A DNA stretch of 64,000 nt from Octopus bimaculoides (GCF_001194135.2 NC_068983.1:80753016-80817015), one strand, 5' to 3'; positions 38,379 through 51,571 are shown, numbered from the stretch's first letter. Made by a program: numbers and translations. Notes: generated from the letters alone by a model not told the origin.

Positions 38379-38454
38379 CACAAAGGTATCGACCAGACTA
38401 TCAGATATTGATATTCGTTGCTGGTCACAAAGAGCGTTAAATTCTTTCTTGATT

Positions 38455-39430
38455 ACGCTATTCTTTTCCATCTTGTTCCAAATTGCTTAATTAAATCATC
38501 TTTGCATTGTCATGGAGGGCTTCCCAGTGGCCTTTTCAAGTCTCTTGGAAATCACTCAGTAACTGTATAGGTCCATGTGTTACCTGAAAACCTTGCAACA
38601 TGTCCAGCCCAGTAGAACTTGTGCTCTCGATATTTTGTGATCACATCATTCATTTTGTTCGGTTTTTGAATCATCTCATTTTGAATGTGTTCTTGTAATA
38701 GTACGCCTGTCATGGATCTTTCTATGGCACTTTTGTGTCATAGTCAATCAATGATTTTCCCCCTTCATAGAAGCTTGCATCTAACTTGTGAATAAGACAA
38801 TGGGTATAACGGGTTTATTGAAGAATCTGGCATGTATGGTCTTGTCTAGCATTACTTTGAGCACATCCTTTATTGAGGTAAATGCTTTTCATCCTGCCCT
38901 TATTCTCTTCAAGATTTCAGCATCCATATCTTGGAGCATACTCATTGTATGCCTTGTGTAGACGTACACCTTAACATCTTTGATTTCATTACTCCCCACC
39001 TCTGTTTGGTTTTGGGCTATGTTTTTGAATCATATGTATTTTGTTTTTGTGCAGTTCATTTTAAGGTCTTTTGTTGAGTTAGGGATGTCCAGCTCTGTCA
39101 GCATGGTCTGCAGCTGATCTGTGATTTTGGCAATGAGTACAATGAGTCACCTGTGAATTGGAGGTGTGTTAGTAGCTTGCCATTGATGTTAACACCTGTC
39201 CAGTCAATGTCCCTGATGACTATTTCTAGACATGTGGTGAAGAGCTTTGGCAAGATGCTATCCCCTTGTTTGACACCCTTCCCTATTGGAACTCTTACTG
39301 GTGGCAATAGCAGAGCTACATCTGTGGTTTATCCAAAGTTTGCATCCTTGATCAGTTTGGTGTATTGTGCCTTGACACCTTGCATTCCCAGAGATTTCAG
39401 TGCTGCATTCATCTCAACATCATTGAAAGC
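38455..39430 (-). mobile_element. Decayed RTE-clade LINE (RT core to C-terminus), a different lineage from the 23525 element
   Basis: GKGVKQGDSILPKLFTTCLE...GVNINGKLLTHLQFTGD and ERSMTGV...IQNEMI...KFYWAGHVAR. Confidence 0.88.
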
Positions 39431-40420
39431 CTTAAAGAACGAGAAACAAATGAATATGAGCTGCCTTTACGCATCACTTGTGTTGATTACATATATTTTA
39501 TATAATTGAGAAACAATTACATTCACAGTAAAACATGACAGTCATTGATGTACAAAATGAAATTTGCAAGGAGTTTTCATTTATCTAAATTTGCTTTGCT
39601 ACCTGTACTTATGAAGATATATAGTATCACTGGTTCCACATTTTACCTTGAATTTCTTCTTGGTAAGCATCCATCATAGAGCGATAAGATAGTTAAATGC
39701 AGTTTGCAAATTGAGGGTGATTTAACTGCTAATTCAAGCACAATTATCAGTCAGATTGCAAATTTTCACTGAACATGAACTGTACATGTAAACATTAGGG
39801 TGTGAGGTGTGGTTTGAGGGAATATGACTCCTTGGTTGGTTCATGCACACATGTATCTCCATAAAATGATAGTTTGTGATTTAAGGGAGCCTTAGCTACT
39901 CTTCCTAACATGCCAATCTACCCTGTAGATGCTCTTTTGCGGATTCTTATGCATCTGTTTAAGAAATATATGTGTATGTAATAATCATACAAATAGAGAG
40001 ACAGAAGAGATAGTGTGTGCATGAGGCTGTGTGATAGACAGAGACAAAATGAGAAAGTCAGAAAAATAAGGGATGAGAGAAGGAGAGGGAGAGAGAGAAT
40101 GAGTGAAGGAGACCATCAGATACATATTATACACACAAAACACTTGTTCACATTGTGCATAGACACATATACACTTGTAACGAAAGAGTTATGTGATCAT
40201 ATTTGCAACCATAGTGATATATGCAGTATATCGAACATCAAATGAAGAATCAATTTTGCTTTATTATAGAAATATCTTGAAAAAATTTTGAAATATTTCA
40301 ATAGCAACAGACTTATATTTTATTCAAATACTCACCATGTTTATGGCTATATCCTCTTGACCTACGTATGACTATATGTTGAGTAACCATTATTTCATGC
40401 TTAAAATTTTTATTATTATA

Positions 40421-41290
40421 CTAGTGCATGACCTGTTGTTTTATGCCTGGAATAAGTATGACTTTGCTTCATTGAAATATAGGTATGTATGCAAGAAAGA
40501 ATTATGTAAAAGAAGGTAAAACAATATTGAAGTAATAGAAATATTAAATACATCAAAATACATTTTAGTGTTTAACAGTTTTTAACTGTTTTTTGTTTCT
40601 GTATACAATAAACTGCAGTCAGGTAATTTTGACAATCAAACAATGTCTGAATATACAATATTTTTTAATGAATATAAACTTTTTCATAATTGAAATGTCC
40701 TTCAGATCCTCTTAGTGTAGCAAATTGACTTGGCAGACAAAAATCTTTATGCATGATGGATTGCCAATTCTACTGAGAGCAACATATAACTGATTGTATG
40801 TGAACATGTTAGTAAGGAAATAAGTTTCACATTTGGATTGACTTTGTCCTTGACTTTTGCATATTGACATTGTGAATGCAGGTTTGACAGGAAATCAATG
40901 CTGTCGTAAAGTGAAGGGCAAATCCATATAGGATGGATGCAGGTTGGTATGAGAAATAAACAAAGTATGTTCTGTACAAACACCAGTCATCTTACTGGCT
41001 TTGATGAAGTCAAAAGAGCATGTCGTATTCAAATGGCTGCGTTTTTGATCAAGGTCTCTCAACAACATTATGGGAGCTCCAATTCTAAATTTGATAATGT
41101 GAAGTGGCGCTTTATCAATATTAAGAAGATTAAGAATTTCATGTGGATATAGAAAAACCTGGTCATCATCAGCAATGAAATCAACACTTTTAAGAATAAT
41201 AATACCACCTGGAAGTTTGTCCATAATTTCACTGTTAAGTTTGTTAACTTTTTCAATTTTTGTAGTTAAACTATCTCTTGAAGAGAGCTA
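40421..41290 (-). mobile_element. Helitron 3' remnant: PIF1-type helicase C-terminus plus putative CTAG end
   Basis: KVNKLNSEIMDKLPG...YPHEILNLL...PLHIIKFRIGAPIMLLRDLD, FPVKPAFTM, KSQGQ and QLYVALSR. A decayed hairpin followed by CTAG|T lies at 40450-40421. Confidence 0.85.
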
Positions 41291-41314
41291 CAGGACATTG
41301 TGGAAATTATTTTG

Positions 41315-41469
41315 TAAGTGACTGTGTGGTAAGAAGTTTGCTTCCCAACCACATAGTGCTGGGTTCAGTTCCCCTGCATGCCATCTTGAGCAAGTGTCTT
41401 CTACTATAGCCTTGAGCTGACCAAAGCCTCATAAGTAGATTTGGTAGACAGAAACGGAAAAAGCCTGAA

Positions 41470-41518
<49 letters not shown>

Positions 41519-41520
41519 AA
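41315..41520 (+). mobile_element. SINE family B, 5' half ending in (TA)n
   Basis: Aligns with the 44265 copy. Confidence 0.88.
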
Positions 41521-41868
41521 TTGCTGAAAAAATGATATCCTAAAGCCACTTGGTTATGCTTGTGTACATGCCAGGCTCTGTCTTCCCCATTTTCGCCTTA
41601 CACCCATCTATAGTACTACTTGGCTGCTGTACTTGTGAGCAGAATCAGCACATATTAAACCACCACCCTTCTGTGCCTTCAGTCACTGCTCCCTCCCTCC
41701 TTCTCTCTCTCCTTCCTTTGCTATACTCCATTCTAAACACCTCTCTTATCTGCCATCATTCTCAATACCCTCCCATATCTATCATCAGGATCCACCCACC
41801 TATTTACTACAGCCTCTTATGTATCCCTATATCTTCTTCACTCCAGCACCTATACCTTGCACATACTT

Positions 41869-42101
41869 ATTTCTTTATAGCCCACAAGGGGCTAAACATA
41901 GAGGGAACAAACAAGGACAGACGAACGGATTAAGTCGATTACATCGACCCCAGTGCATAACTGGTACTTAATTTATCGACCCCGAAAGGATGAAAGGTAA
42001 AGTCGACCTTGGCGGAATTTGAACTCAGAACATAACGGCAGATGAAATACTGCTAAGCATTTCGCCCAGTGTGCTAACGATTCTGCCAGCTCACCGCCTT
42101 G
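41869..42101 (-). mobile_element. Young SINE family A copy with a 16-bp target-site duplication
   Basis: TACCTTGCACATACTT at 41853-41868 and 42102-42117; many CpGs retained. Confidence 0.95.
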
Positions 42102-42671
42102 TACCTTGCACATACTTGCTGTTCCATTCTCCATCTTGAGCCATTCCTATATCTCCCCGACTTCATACTAGTAATTTCCATCATCTGCATCCCCATCCTT
42201 GCCCATCACTTACAGCATTAACCTCTACCTCTACCATCGTCTTTTTACTCCCATTTCCCACTCCTACGAAAGCATCCACACACTCCTTCATCCCCTCCCA
42301 TGACCCACTGTCAGTATCCTCTCTTATGCTCACCTTCTTGCTCCTTGAGAGTTTGCTCTAGCATCCCATCACTACCTTCTTCTTATCCCCTTTATCCATG
42401 TATCTCATCTATAGCAAGACACTTGTGCTTATCCTTCTATCATAATTTAGCTTTTCAACACCAAGTATAAAGCCACAAACCTCCATTTCTCCCTTCCAGA
42501 TACTTCTTCTTAGTAATGGAAGCTTTTCCCTTTCCTTTTCCTCTGTTCTTATATGTCTTGCCATTTTCATGGCAATGTCACTAGTGCCAGTGGCATGTAA
42601 GAAGTTCCCAGTACACTCTGTAAAGAAGTTGGTATTAGGAAGGGCATCCAGCCATAGAAATCATGCCATTC

Positions 42672-43930
42672 AGGCCTTTTGATTCCGGGTTTTGTTTTCA
42701 CTCCAGAAATTTCTTTTCTAATTCTAATTCAGATTCTGATATGGGTGCAAGAGCATCAGCACTTAGCAGTTCTCACGAGCAGCCAGTTTAAATTTTTTTT
42801 ATTATAGCCTGCAAGCTGGTCTTAAATTCCACTGTTATGGTCTGGAGAACAATAATGAATAGGATGGGGCTGAGGACTCCCTGTACTCTAAATTCATCAC
42901 TGCACCTACGACTAACTTTCACCTTACTGATAGCACCCCTGTACATGACTTTTACAACTTTCATAAGTCATTTGTCTACCATTAGCTTCCTCAGAAACCA
43001 CACCACAAAGCAAGGGACTCTGTCAAAGGCTTTCTCTAGGTCAATGAATGTTAGGTATAATGGTTTATTCTTAGCTAAATACTTCAGCAGTTGTCTAAGA
43101 AGACAATGTCAGTAGTACTTCTCACTGGCTCAAAACTGAACTGCATTTCATTCAGTCTAACACTGTTCCAAATTAATTGGGTTATAATCCTCTCTAACTT
43201 TCCTGACCTGGTCCAGAAATTTGATACCTCTGTAATTACTTCTAGGTAAGGCATCTCCCTTATCCTTGTTGCAGCTGACTATAATGCTGATACACCTCCC
43301 TGAAATATCTGATTAACTATATGGGTGACAAGACTGTGTTCTACTCTACCAGATATTTTAAGCATCTCAGTTGTAATTCCTGATGGACTAGGCACTTGCC
43401 CTGTCTTCATATCCTTAGTTGCCTTAACTATTATACTGCTGTCAAGTAGGATAGCTGGTCCCTGTTGGGTTCACATTTGGGAGACTCCTTTTTCCCATTC
43501 ATTCTCTGTATTTAATAACCTTTCATAGTAGTACATTCATGCCTCTTTCTTTTCAAAGTCAATAAGTGCAAGCATACCATTATCCATCTGTACTTACCTC
43601 CCACATCTCGATTCTCTCAGATATGCTGTCTAGCAATCGAGAACACCTCATGTCTCTGATTTTCATGCCATAGACATAGGTAAACTTTATACTTTCTGTT
43701 TTTTCCCTTGCTAAATAAACCTGTCACCTAGCTTCCCTTCTAGATATCTGATATTGCTTTTTGCTGCCTCCATTTTTCCAGTCTTTCCAAGCCTGTCTCT
43801 TCACTTTTATGGCTCTGTCTATGTCACTATTCCACCATCAAGTCACCTTCAGTCTGACTGAAACTTTGACCAGCCACAGATTTGGTTTGTAGCTTTCTGT
43901 AGGTTGTCCCATAAGACCTTCTAATTGCTC
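42672..43930 (-). mobile_element. Decayed RTE-clade LINE (linker and RT), probably the same family as the 23525 element
   Basis: KDMKTGQVPSPSGITTEMLK, NYRGIKFLDQ, FIDLEKAFDRVP, QGVLSPILFIIV and ELLSADAL...SKGL. Confidence 0.88.
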
Positions 43931-44264
43931 TTCATGTTATATGTTACTACCTCCTCTTTCCTGTTAAATGCTTTAATCAGAACGTTTTTAAATTTCTGAT
44001 TGTTTAATATATCTTTATAATAATTGTACATAGAAATAACATCTCAAATGTCAATCATTATAAGAATACTGACAATAAAAATGGAAAAAATTAAAATAAC
44101 TGTGAATTGACAATTAAATGCATGACATTTAATAACAAAAAAATATTACTACTATTAATAATAATAAATCAGAATCTTCAGCTAAAAATATTAAAAGAAA
44201 ATAGAATATGATAAAAAAATAACAGCTATTATGATAATAAACTAGGATGTATAATTGATAAGGG

Positions 44265-44412
44265 GAAGGCATGGCTGTTGTGGTTAGAAGCTTACTTCCC
44301 AACCAGGTTCAGCCCCACTGCATGGCACCTTGGGCAAGTGTCTTCTTCTATAGTCTTGAGCCAGCCAAAGCCTTGTGAGTGGATTTGGTAGACAGAAACT
44401 AAAAGACGCCCG

Positions 44413-44456
<44 letters not shown>

Positions 44457-44675
44457 ATATTTGTGTGTATGTGTCAGTGTTTGTCTCCATTACTTGACAA
44501 CCAATGTTGGTGTGTTTACATCCCCATAACTTAACAGTTCTGCAAAAGTCACTGATAGAATAAGTACCAGCCTTACAAAGAATAAGTCCAGGGGTCGATT
44601 TCTTTGACTAAAAGGTGGTGCTTCAGTATGGGTGTAGTCAAATGACTGAAACAAGTAAAAGAATAAATGAATAAA
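44265..44675 (+). mobile_element. SINE family B, full length, with internal (TA)n
   Basis: Best-preserved copy, from tRNA-like head to GACTGAAACAAGTAAAAGAATAAA tail. Confidence 0.92.
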
Positions 44676-45251
44676 AGTATATATATATATATATATATNN
44701 NNNNNNNNNNNNNNNNNNNNNNNNNNNNNNNNNNNNNNNNNNNNNNNNNNNNNNNNNNNNNNNNNNNNNNNNNNNNNNNNNNNNNNNNNNNNNNNNNNNN
44801 NNNNNNNNNNNNNNNNNNNNNNNNNNNNNNNNNNNNNNNNNNNNNNNNNNNNNNNNNNNNNNNNNNNNNNNNNNNNNNNNNNNNNNNNNNNNNNNNNNNN
44901 NNNNNNNNNNNNNNNNNNNNNNNNNNNNNNNNNNNNNNNNNNNNNNNNNNNNNNNNNNNNNNNNNNNNNNNNNNNNNNNNNNNNNNNNNNNNNNNNNNNN
45001 NNNNNNNNNNNNNNNNNNNNNNNNNNNNNNNNNNNNNNNNNNNNNNNNNNNNNNNNNNNNNNNNNNNNNNNNNNNNNNNNNNNNNNNNNNNNNNNNNNNN
45101 NNNNNNNNNNNNNNNNNNNNNNNNNNNNNNNNNNNNNNNNNNNNNNNNNNNNNNNNNNNNNNNNNNNNNNNNNNNNNNNNNNNNNNNNNNNNNNNNNTAT
45201 ATATATATATATATGTATGTATATATATGTATATATTAATTATAATTAAGT

Positions 45252-45503
45252 GTATGGAGACTTGTACATCCACAAGTTTATTTTGTAATTATATACAGCA
45301 TACTATAATGACCTACATGTGTTTCAACTGCAGTGACTACTCACTGTTTCAAATGCAACCTTGCAATATTGTGGTGCACCAACAATAATCCAAGGTTGCA
45401 TTTGCAACAGTGAATAGTCACTGCAGTGGAAACATATGTAGGTCATTATAGTATGCTGCATATAACTATAAAATAAATTTTGTGGATGTACAAGTCTCCA
45501 TAC
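45252..45503. repeat. Fold-back element with ~112-bp arms and a ~27-nt loop
   Basis: GTATGGAGACTTGTACATCCACAA...CAAATGCAACCTTG is mirrored by CAAGGTTGCATTTG...GTGGATGTACAAGTCTCCATAC. Confidence 0.92.
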
Positions 45504-45689
45504 TCCTCATTATTATTAATATTAATATATACTCCAGACAATTTTTACTGTCCAGGGAAGAGTACATGGAATTACCTAACTAATTGTAGTCACAAACATT
45601 AGATACTGATTGTTGTGGTTAGCCGTTAACTGGAGCTTAACTGAGAGCTAATGTCGTGCCTGCTTGGATAATATATCCCTCCAAACTCA

Positions 45690-45733
<44 letters not shown>

Positions 45734-45769
45734 AATATTTTAGTGGTGTGCTTACACACCCTGTTCTGG

Positions 45770-46240
45770 GCCCATGTATTGTTGGGAAAATCCACTTTCT
45801 CTCAGATATTCTCTACATTTAAATAGCCTTTCATAGTAACTCTTCTATGTTTTCTTTACAAATCACCAAGTGCAAGCATACTATTACCCATCAGCACACA
45901 CTTCTCAACTACATCTCGATTTCTCTGATACAATGTCTCACAATCTGAAACACCTTATTCCTCTGATCTTCATGCGGTAAAATATTAGAAAATATCCCTA
46001 TTTCTACTTCTATTTTTGTTATGAAAATGTGACTCCTTGCTGCTCTTGCTACCTAGTATATTACTCTGTTAGCTCCATTCTTACAATCCTTCCAGGCTTG
46101 TTTTGTCACACTTAAAGCCCTGTCTACTGCACCATGTCATCCTCAGTCAGGCAAAGGACTTTGTACCAGCCACAGATCTGGTCTGTAGTTCCCATAGGAA
46201 CTTCCAGTTGTTCTCTATGCTATATGTCTTTAACCCCTTT
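45770..46240 (-). mobile_element. Second RTE linker fragment, homologous to 43480-43930
   Basis: Direct nucleotide similarity (AAGTGCAAGCATAC, ACATCTCGATT, AACACCT). Confidence 0.75.
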
Positions 46241-48136
46241 TTGTCAAAAGCTTCAATTAGAATATCTCTAAATTTCTACCCATTTGCTGATCCTCTGAGT
46301 TTCCACATTCTTCTTTTCTAGACTTCTTTGAGTTCTTTTCATGGAGAGTTACCTTCTTCACAAGGGAAATGAAAAGAGACTGTGCTGCAAGGAAACAAAT
46401 CGAAAGTGATAGTGTGCAGCACTGAAAGATAAGAAGCTTTAAATGAAATTGCAAGACAAGAGTTATAAACAAAGTTTTTTATGGGAGGGAAGAGACAGCT
46501 GAAGGAAGGAAAACATTGAGGAAAGAAAAGCAAACATCAATAACAGACTGAGACCTGGTGCAGCTGTCCAGCTTACCAGCTCCAGTCAAGACATCCAAGC
46601 CATGACAGCATGGAAAGCAGACGTTAAAGGATGTTTATGATGATGATGTTGATACACACATACACACACGTATGTATACATATACATCAAGCACGTGCCA
46701 TCAGTAATTATATATACACATATATATATATATACCTAATAACTGGACCTAATAACTGGACCTAATAATAAATGTGAATTTGATTTAAGCAGAAAATAAT
46801 CCAAGGCTTTCATTATTCAAAAGACTATGGTTAACATATTTGTCTATAACTAAATAAGTCTTCTACGTAATTTTGATGTGATCAATAGATATAGAGTAAA
46901 AATTTTCAAAAATATTCTGAAAGTATTTCAGAGAAAAACTTTGTAATCATTTATTTCTAATGAACACAATGGAATAGGCACACATAATCGCAAAGTACAG
47001 CTTGAAAATATATGCATTTTATAAAAGCATTTCTGAATTATTTACAGACAACAAACCTTATTAAAAGGGGTATGTAAAAGAATGATAGAAACAGTCAAAT
47101 TGGAAAAAAAATATTTTAATATGAATTAGATACAAAAAATTTTGGATCTTGTTAAAATTTCTCCCAACCACTTAACATTTTTCAGATTTCCACCTGATTA
47201 TTTTCAAAATATTTTGTTTTGTTGTAGTCTTGGATGCTGATGATGAAAATAACATTCATTNNNNNNNNNNNNNNNNNNNNNNNNNNNNNNNNNNNNNNNN
47301 NNNNNNNNNNNNNNNNNNNNNNNNNNNNNNNNNNNNNNNNNNNNNNNNNNNNNNNNNNNNNNNNNNNNNNNNNNNNNNNNNNNNNNNNNNNNNNNNNNNN
47401 NNNNNNNNNNNNNNNNNNNNNNNNNNNNNNNNNNNNNNNNNNNNNNNNNNNNNNNNNNNNNNNNNNNNNNNNNNNNNNNNNNNNNNNNNNNNNNNNNNNN
47501 NNNNNNNNNNNNNNNNNNTTTTCATTTGCTGTTCATCACATGTAAATTTCAAATGGTAAGAAATTGTGTTTTGACCATAGCCAGTAGCAAATATTTTAAT
47601 TTGAATTAAACAAAAGAAATTTTCTATTCAAAAAGCATGAAATAAAAGTACTTTATAGAAAAGTAAAGAATTAAGACAAATAACAAAATCAAAGACTATT
47701 TCAATGAATTTCCTCGAAGACTTCACTCGTATTTGGAAAAAAAGAGTAAATGTCAGCAATTTTGTAAAATATACAGAAGTTCTTACCACAAGGAATTGTG
47801 TTTTAACCAATACCAACAGCATAAAACTTCAAAAAAGACCCCCAAGTACTCCTAGGTTAAACACAGTTTAGATTCTTGACAAAGTCAGAGTAAATGAATA
47901 AAAGAAAATGAAAGTATATTGGCTTGAAGCTGTGACTGTGACGTCCCATAATTCAGTGTATGTTTATAAAGGAGATTTTTAAGAAATTCCTTTCTCCCTT
48001 GTAACTCATGATTTGCATTTTTGAGTACAGCTTAATACAATAGTAATATTAGGAATACCTCAATTAGGTGTTGTTTTTTCAGTGCTGCCTATCCAAAAGA
48101 ATTTGCATCTATGTTCTTTATCCATCAGAAATATAG

Positions 48137-48203
<67 letters not shown>

Positions 48204-48290
48204 CCTACCTGTCTGTCTGTCTGTAGAGAGAGAGAGAGAGAGAAGGAGAGAGAGATAGAGAGAGACACACACACACATACACAGACAGAC
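48137..48290. repeat. Compound (ATCT)n/(AG)n/(AC)n microsatellite
   Basis: Directly visible. Confidence 0.95.
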
Positions 48291-48499
48291 AGAGTGGGAG
48301 AGAAAGAAAAGAAGTTAAAAATGCACTGGGAGTATTTTACATGGTTTATTTTTAAAGGATTAATCATTACACAGATTTTTCTGATTTTCAAAAGTGAGAT
48401 AGAAAGACCAAGAGAGCTATGCTACAACTGTCTTGTTTCTGATAATTCTCTTGTTTTTACAGAGAGAACAAAGTTGAAATTAGTATCTATTTAGGATAC

Positions 48500-48895
48500 A
48501 GTTTGATTGGCAATAAGGACACAATAATGAAATCGCCATTGGCTTCAACCACAACCTCCAGACGACTTTGGAATCTCCTGCAACTGTTCTGGATGGTCCC
48601 CTTGTTTAAGTTGGTGAATCCTGCCATAACCCTTACCTTCAATTCAGTTTTGGTGTTACAAGGAGTTTTGTTGGTCTCTTATTCAACTGTGCTCCAAACA
48701 TGATAATCATGGGGGTTGCAGTCTGGCAACTTAGTCCACTTCAGAAGTTGTAAAAGACAAACGAATGCTAGTGGAAAGCTACAATTTACAATGTGACATG
48801 TAGAAACATGTATGATTATACCTGCATAAGTTCTGTTTCCTGCAATAGTTGGAAGTGGGTCAGGGGAAATCTTTAATGAACACACCTTGTATATA
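48500..48895 (-). mobile_element. maT/DD37D-like transposase C-terminal fragment, internally deleted element
   Basis: PDCNPHDYHVWSTVE*ETNK...RRFQSRLEVVVEANGDFI; Tc1/mariner-like end TATACAAGGTGT at ~48895. Confidence 0.75.
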
Positions 48896-48959
48896 GTTGT
48901 TAAGAGAATGAATGTATTATTATAGATCCACTATCCCACTGCCTAACAAGAATTCTGGC

Positions 48960-49625
48960 AAGTTTGTATGGGAGGTCAAGTTTTCTGCAGCACTATGTGC
49001 CATTAGTCAATATAGTTCTCTGTCAGATGTAAGATTTGCAGATAATTTTTTCCCCACCTCATCCCAAATCTTCATCCATTTTCTTTCATCTGTCTTCCGC
49101 TTCTGTTTGATCACTTGGCACTTGCTTATGCTATTGACAACCTTCATCTACTTCACATGCCTCTGCTATTGCAATCTCCTCTCTTGCACATTACATCTGA
49201 TTCCACTTCTATGCAGTTTGTGTCTCAGCTCTTTCATACTTTGCCATTCACATATACTAGCATGACACATTCAGTAAAGTGTGACCACCTCATTTCATTC
49301 TGGTTATTGCAGATCCCCATTATTTAAGACCCATGTCTCACTGTGACACAGTAAAGTACTTTGCTCACAAGCATCACACAATCTGTCTTTGACCTTGACA
49401 AAGAAGCTTTTATTGCCAGCAGAGGTGATACATCCCTGAATATTTTTTTCAATTGTTCCACACTTTCAAAACATCAATCCACACTGTTAATTTGGATATC
49501 TAGGTAGTAAAAGCAATCAACTGATTCTAGGGAGCCATCCAGGACATTTGAAAGAATGCATTCCCAGAGCTTACTGTCCTAGTGCATCTGCTGCATATGA
49601 AATATGTCTGTGCTCTCAATACACA
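48960..49625 (-). mobile_element. Older, decayed copy of the 23525-type RTE 3' region
   Basis: ICSRC...SLESVDCFYYL...RLCDAC...HSETW and GIRCNVQERRL...IWDEV in shifting frames. Confidence 0.7.
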
Positions 49626-49814
49626 CTTTTTTATGTGTCCATTCTTTATATTAAGCACAACTTATGGGATTTGAACTAACTCCTTTTCTGCAGATAGAGC
49701 AAAACCTTTTCCCAGATGCTATAACAATCCTATCTTCTTTCCTGTTCACTAAAAGAAAAACTATTGTTACTATTAAATCTTCTTTAAAACTCTCTTACAC
49801 ATGCACACATACAT

Positions 49815-49873
<59 letters not shown>

Positions 49874-50282
49874 CACACATGTGTGTATATTCATATTAAT
49901 ATTCTTATTAGAATTTAGCAGAAGCAACAGAGTGACTCAAGGTCTGAAAGTTTCATGTGTTGATACTTATCAAACACATGAAACTTACAGCTCTTGAGTC
50001 ACTTTGTTGCTTTTGCTAAATATTATTAAAAATATACATATACTCGTATTTTGAGTTCTATTTTTCCTGTTTGCATCATCCTACCTGTATATGAATGTAT
50101 ATATAAATCTCTGTATAGAGTGGTTGGCGTTAGGAAGGGCATCCAGCTGTAGAAACTCGGCCAAATCAGATTGGAGCCTGGTGTAGCCATCCGGTTTCAC
50201 CAGTCCTCAGTCAAATCATCCAACTCATGCCAGCATGGAAAGCGGACGTTAAACGATGATGATGATGATGATGATGATATAC

Positions 50283-50325
<43 letters not shown>

Positions 50326-51480
50326 ACATCAAAAGCTGCACCAAAAGGCATGACAACTTGCCAGATGGTATGAGCATTATTGTAGATCTGTTCTGCCCTC
50401 AACTCCTATCTCTAATGTAGTTAGACATTATAGCTCCAGAAAAATTAGAATGTGGAGTTCATGCACTGCGTATATAAAGGGAACACAGAAATTGTAGTTT
50501 GCATTAATGCTTTTTATAATGTTTCATGAAATTGGCAGAATCAATTATGTGAACATAAAACTCAGTTACATGAGCAAATGCTGCCAGTCTCATTCATTGC
50601 GATAATATAAACATACATACATACATGTGTGCATAATCTTGTGTATACACATCTGTGTCTGCATATATATANNNNNNNNNNNNNNNNNNNNNNNNNNNNN
50701 NNNNNNNNNNNNNNNNNNNNNNNNNNNNNNNNNNNNNNNNNNNNNNNNNNNNNNNNNNNNNNNNNNNNNNNNNNNNNNNNNNNNNNNNNNNNNNNNNNNN
50801 NNNNNNNNNNNNNNNNNNNNNNNNNNNNNNNNNNNNNNNNNNNNNNNNNNNNNNNNNNNNNNNNNNNNNNNNNNNNNNNNNNNNNNNNNNNNNNNNNNNN
50901 NNNNNNNNNNNNNNNNNNNNNNNNNNNNNNNNNNNNNNNNNNNNNNNNNNNNNNNNNNNNNNNNNNNNNNNNNNNNNNNNNNNNNNNNNNNNNNNNNNNN
51001 NNNNNNNNNNNNNNNNNNNNNNNNNNNNNNNNNNNNNNNNNNNNNNNNNNNNNNNNNNNNNNNNNNNNNNNNNNNNNNNNNNNNNNNNNNNNNNNNNNNN
51101 NNNNNNNNNNNNNNNNNNNNNNNNNNNNNNNNNNNNNNNNNNNNNNNNNNNNNNNNNNNNNNNNNNNNNNNNNNNNNNNNNNNNNNNNNNNNNNNNNNNN
51201 NNNNNNNNNNNNNNNNNNNNNNNNNNNNNNNNNNNNNNNNNNNNNNNNNNNNNNNNNNNNNNNNNNNNNNNNNNNNNNNNNNNNNNNNNNNNNNNNNNNN
51301 NNNNNNNNNNNNNNNNNNNNNNNNNNNNNNNNNNNNNNNNNNNNNNNNNNNNNNNNNNNNNNNNNNNNNNNNNNNNNNNNNNNNNNNNNNNNNNNNNNNN
51401 NNNNNNNNNNNNNNNNNNNNNNNNNNNNNNNNNNNNNNNNNNNNNNNNNNNNNNNNNNNNNNNNNNNNNNNNNNNNNNNN

Positions 51481-51556
<76 letters not shown>

Positions 51557-51571
51557 CGACGACGACGACGA

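Noticed and set aside
23525-42672. A 19-kb inversion splitting one RTE into the 42672 (-) and 23525 (+) halves, which break near the same RT motif
   Set aside because: The halves differ in decay, several other copies of the family are present, and the reciprocal flanks do not join up.
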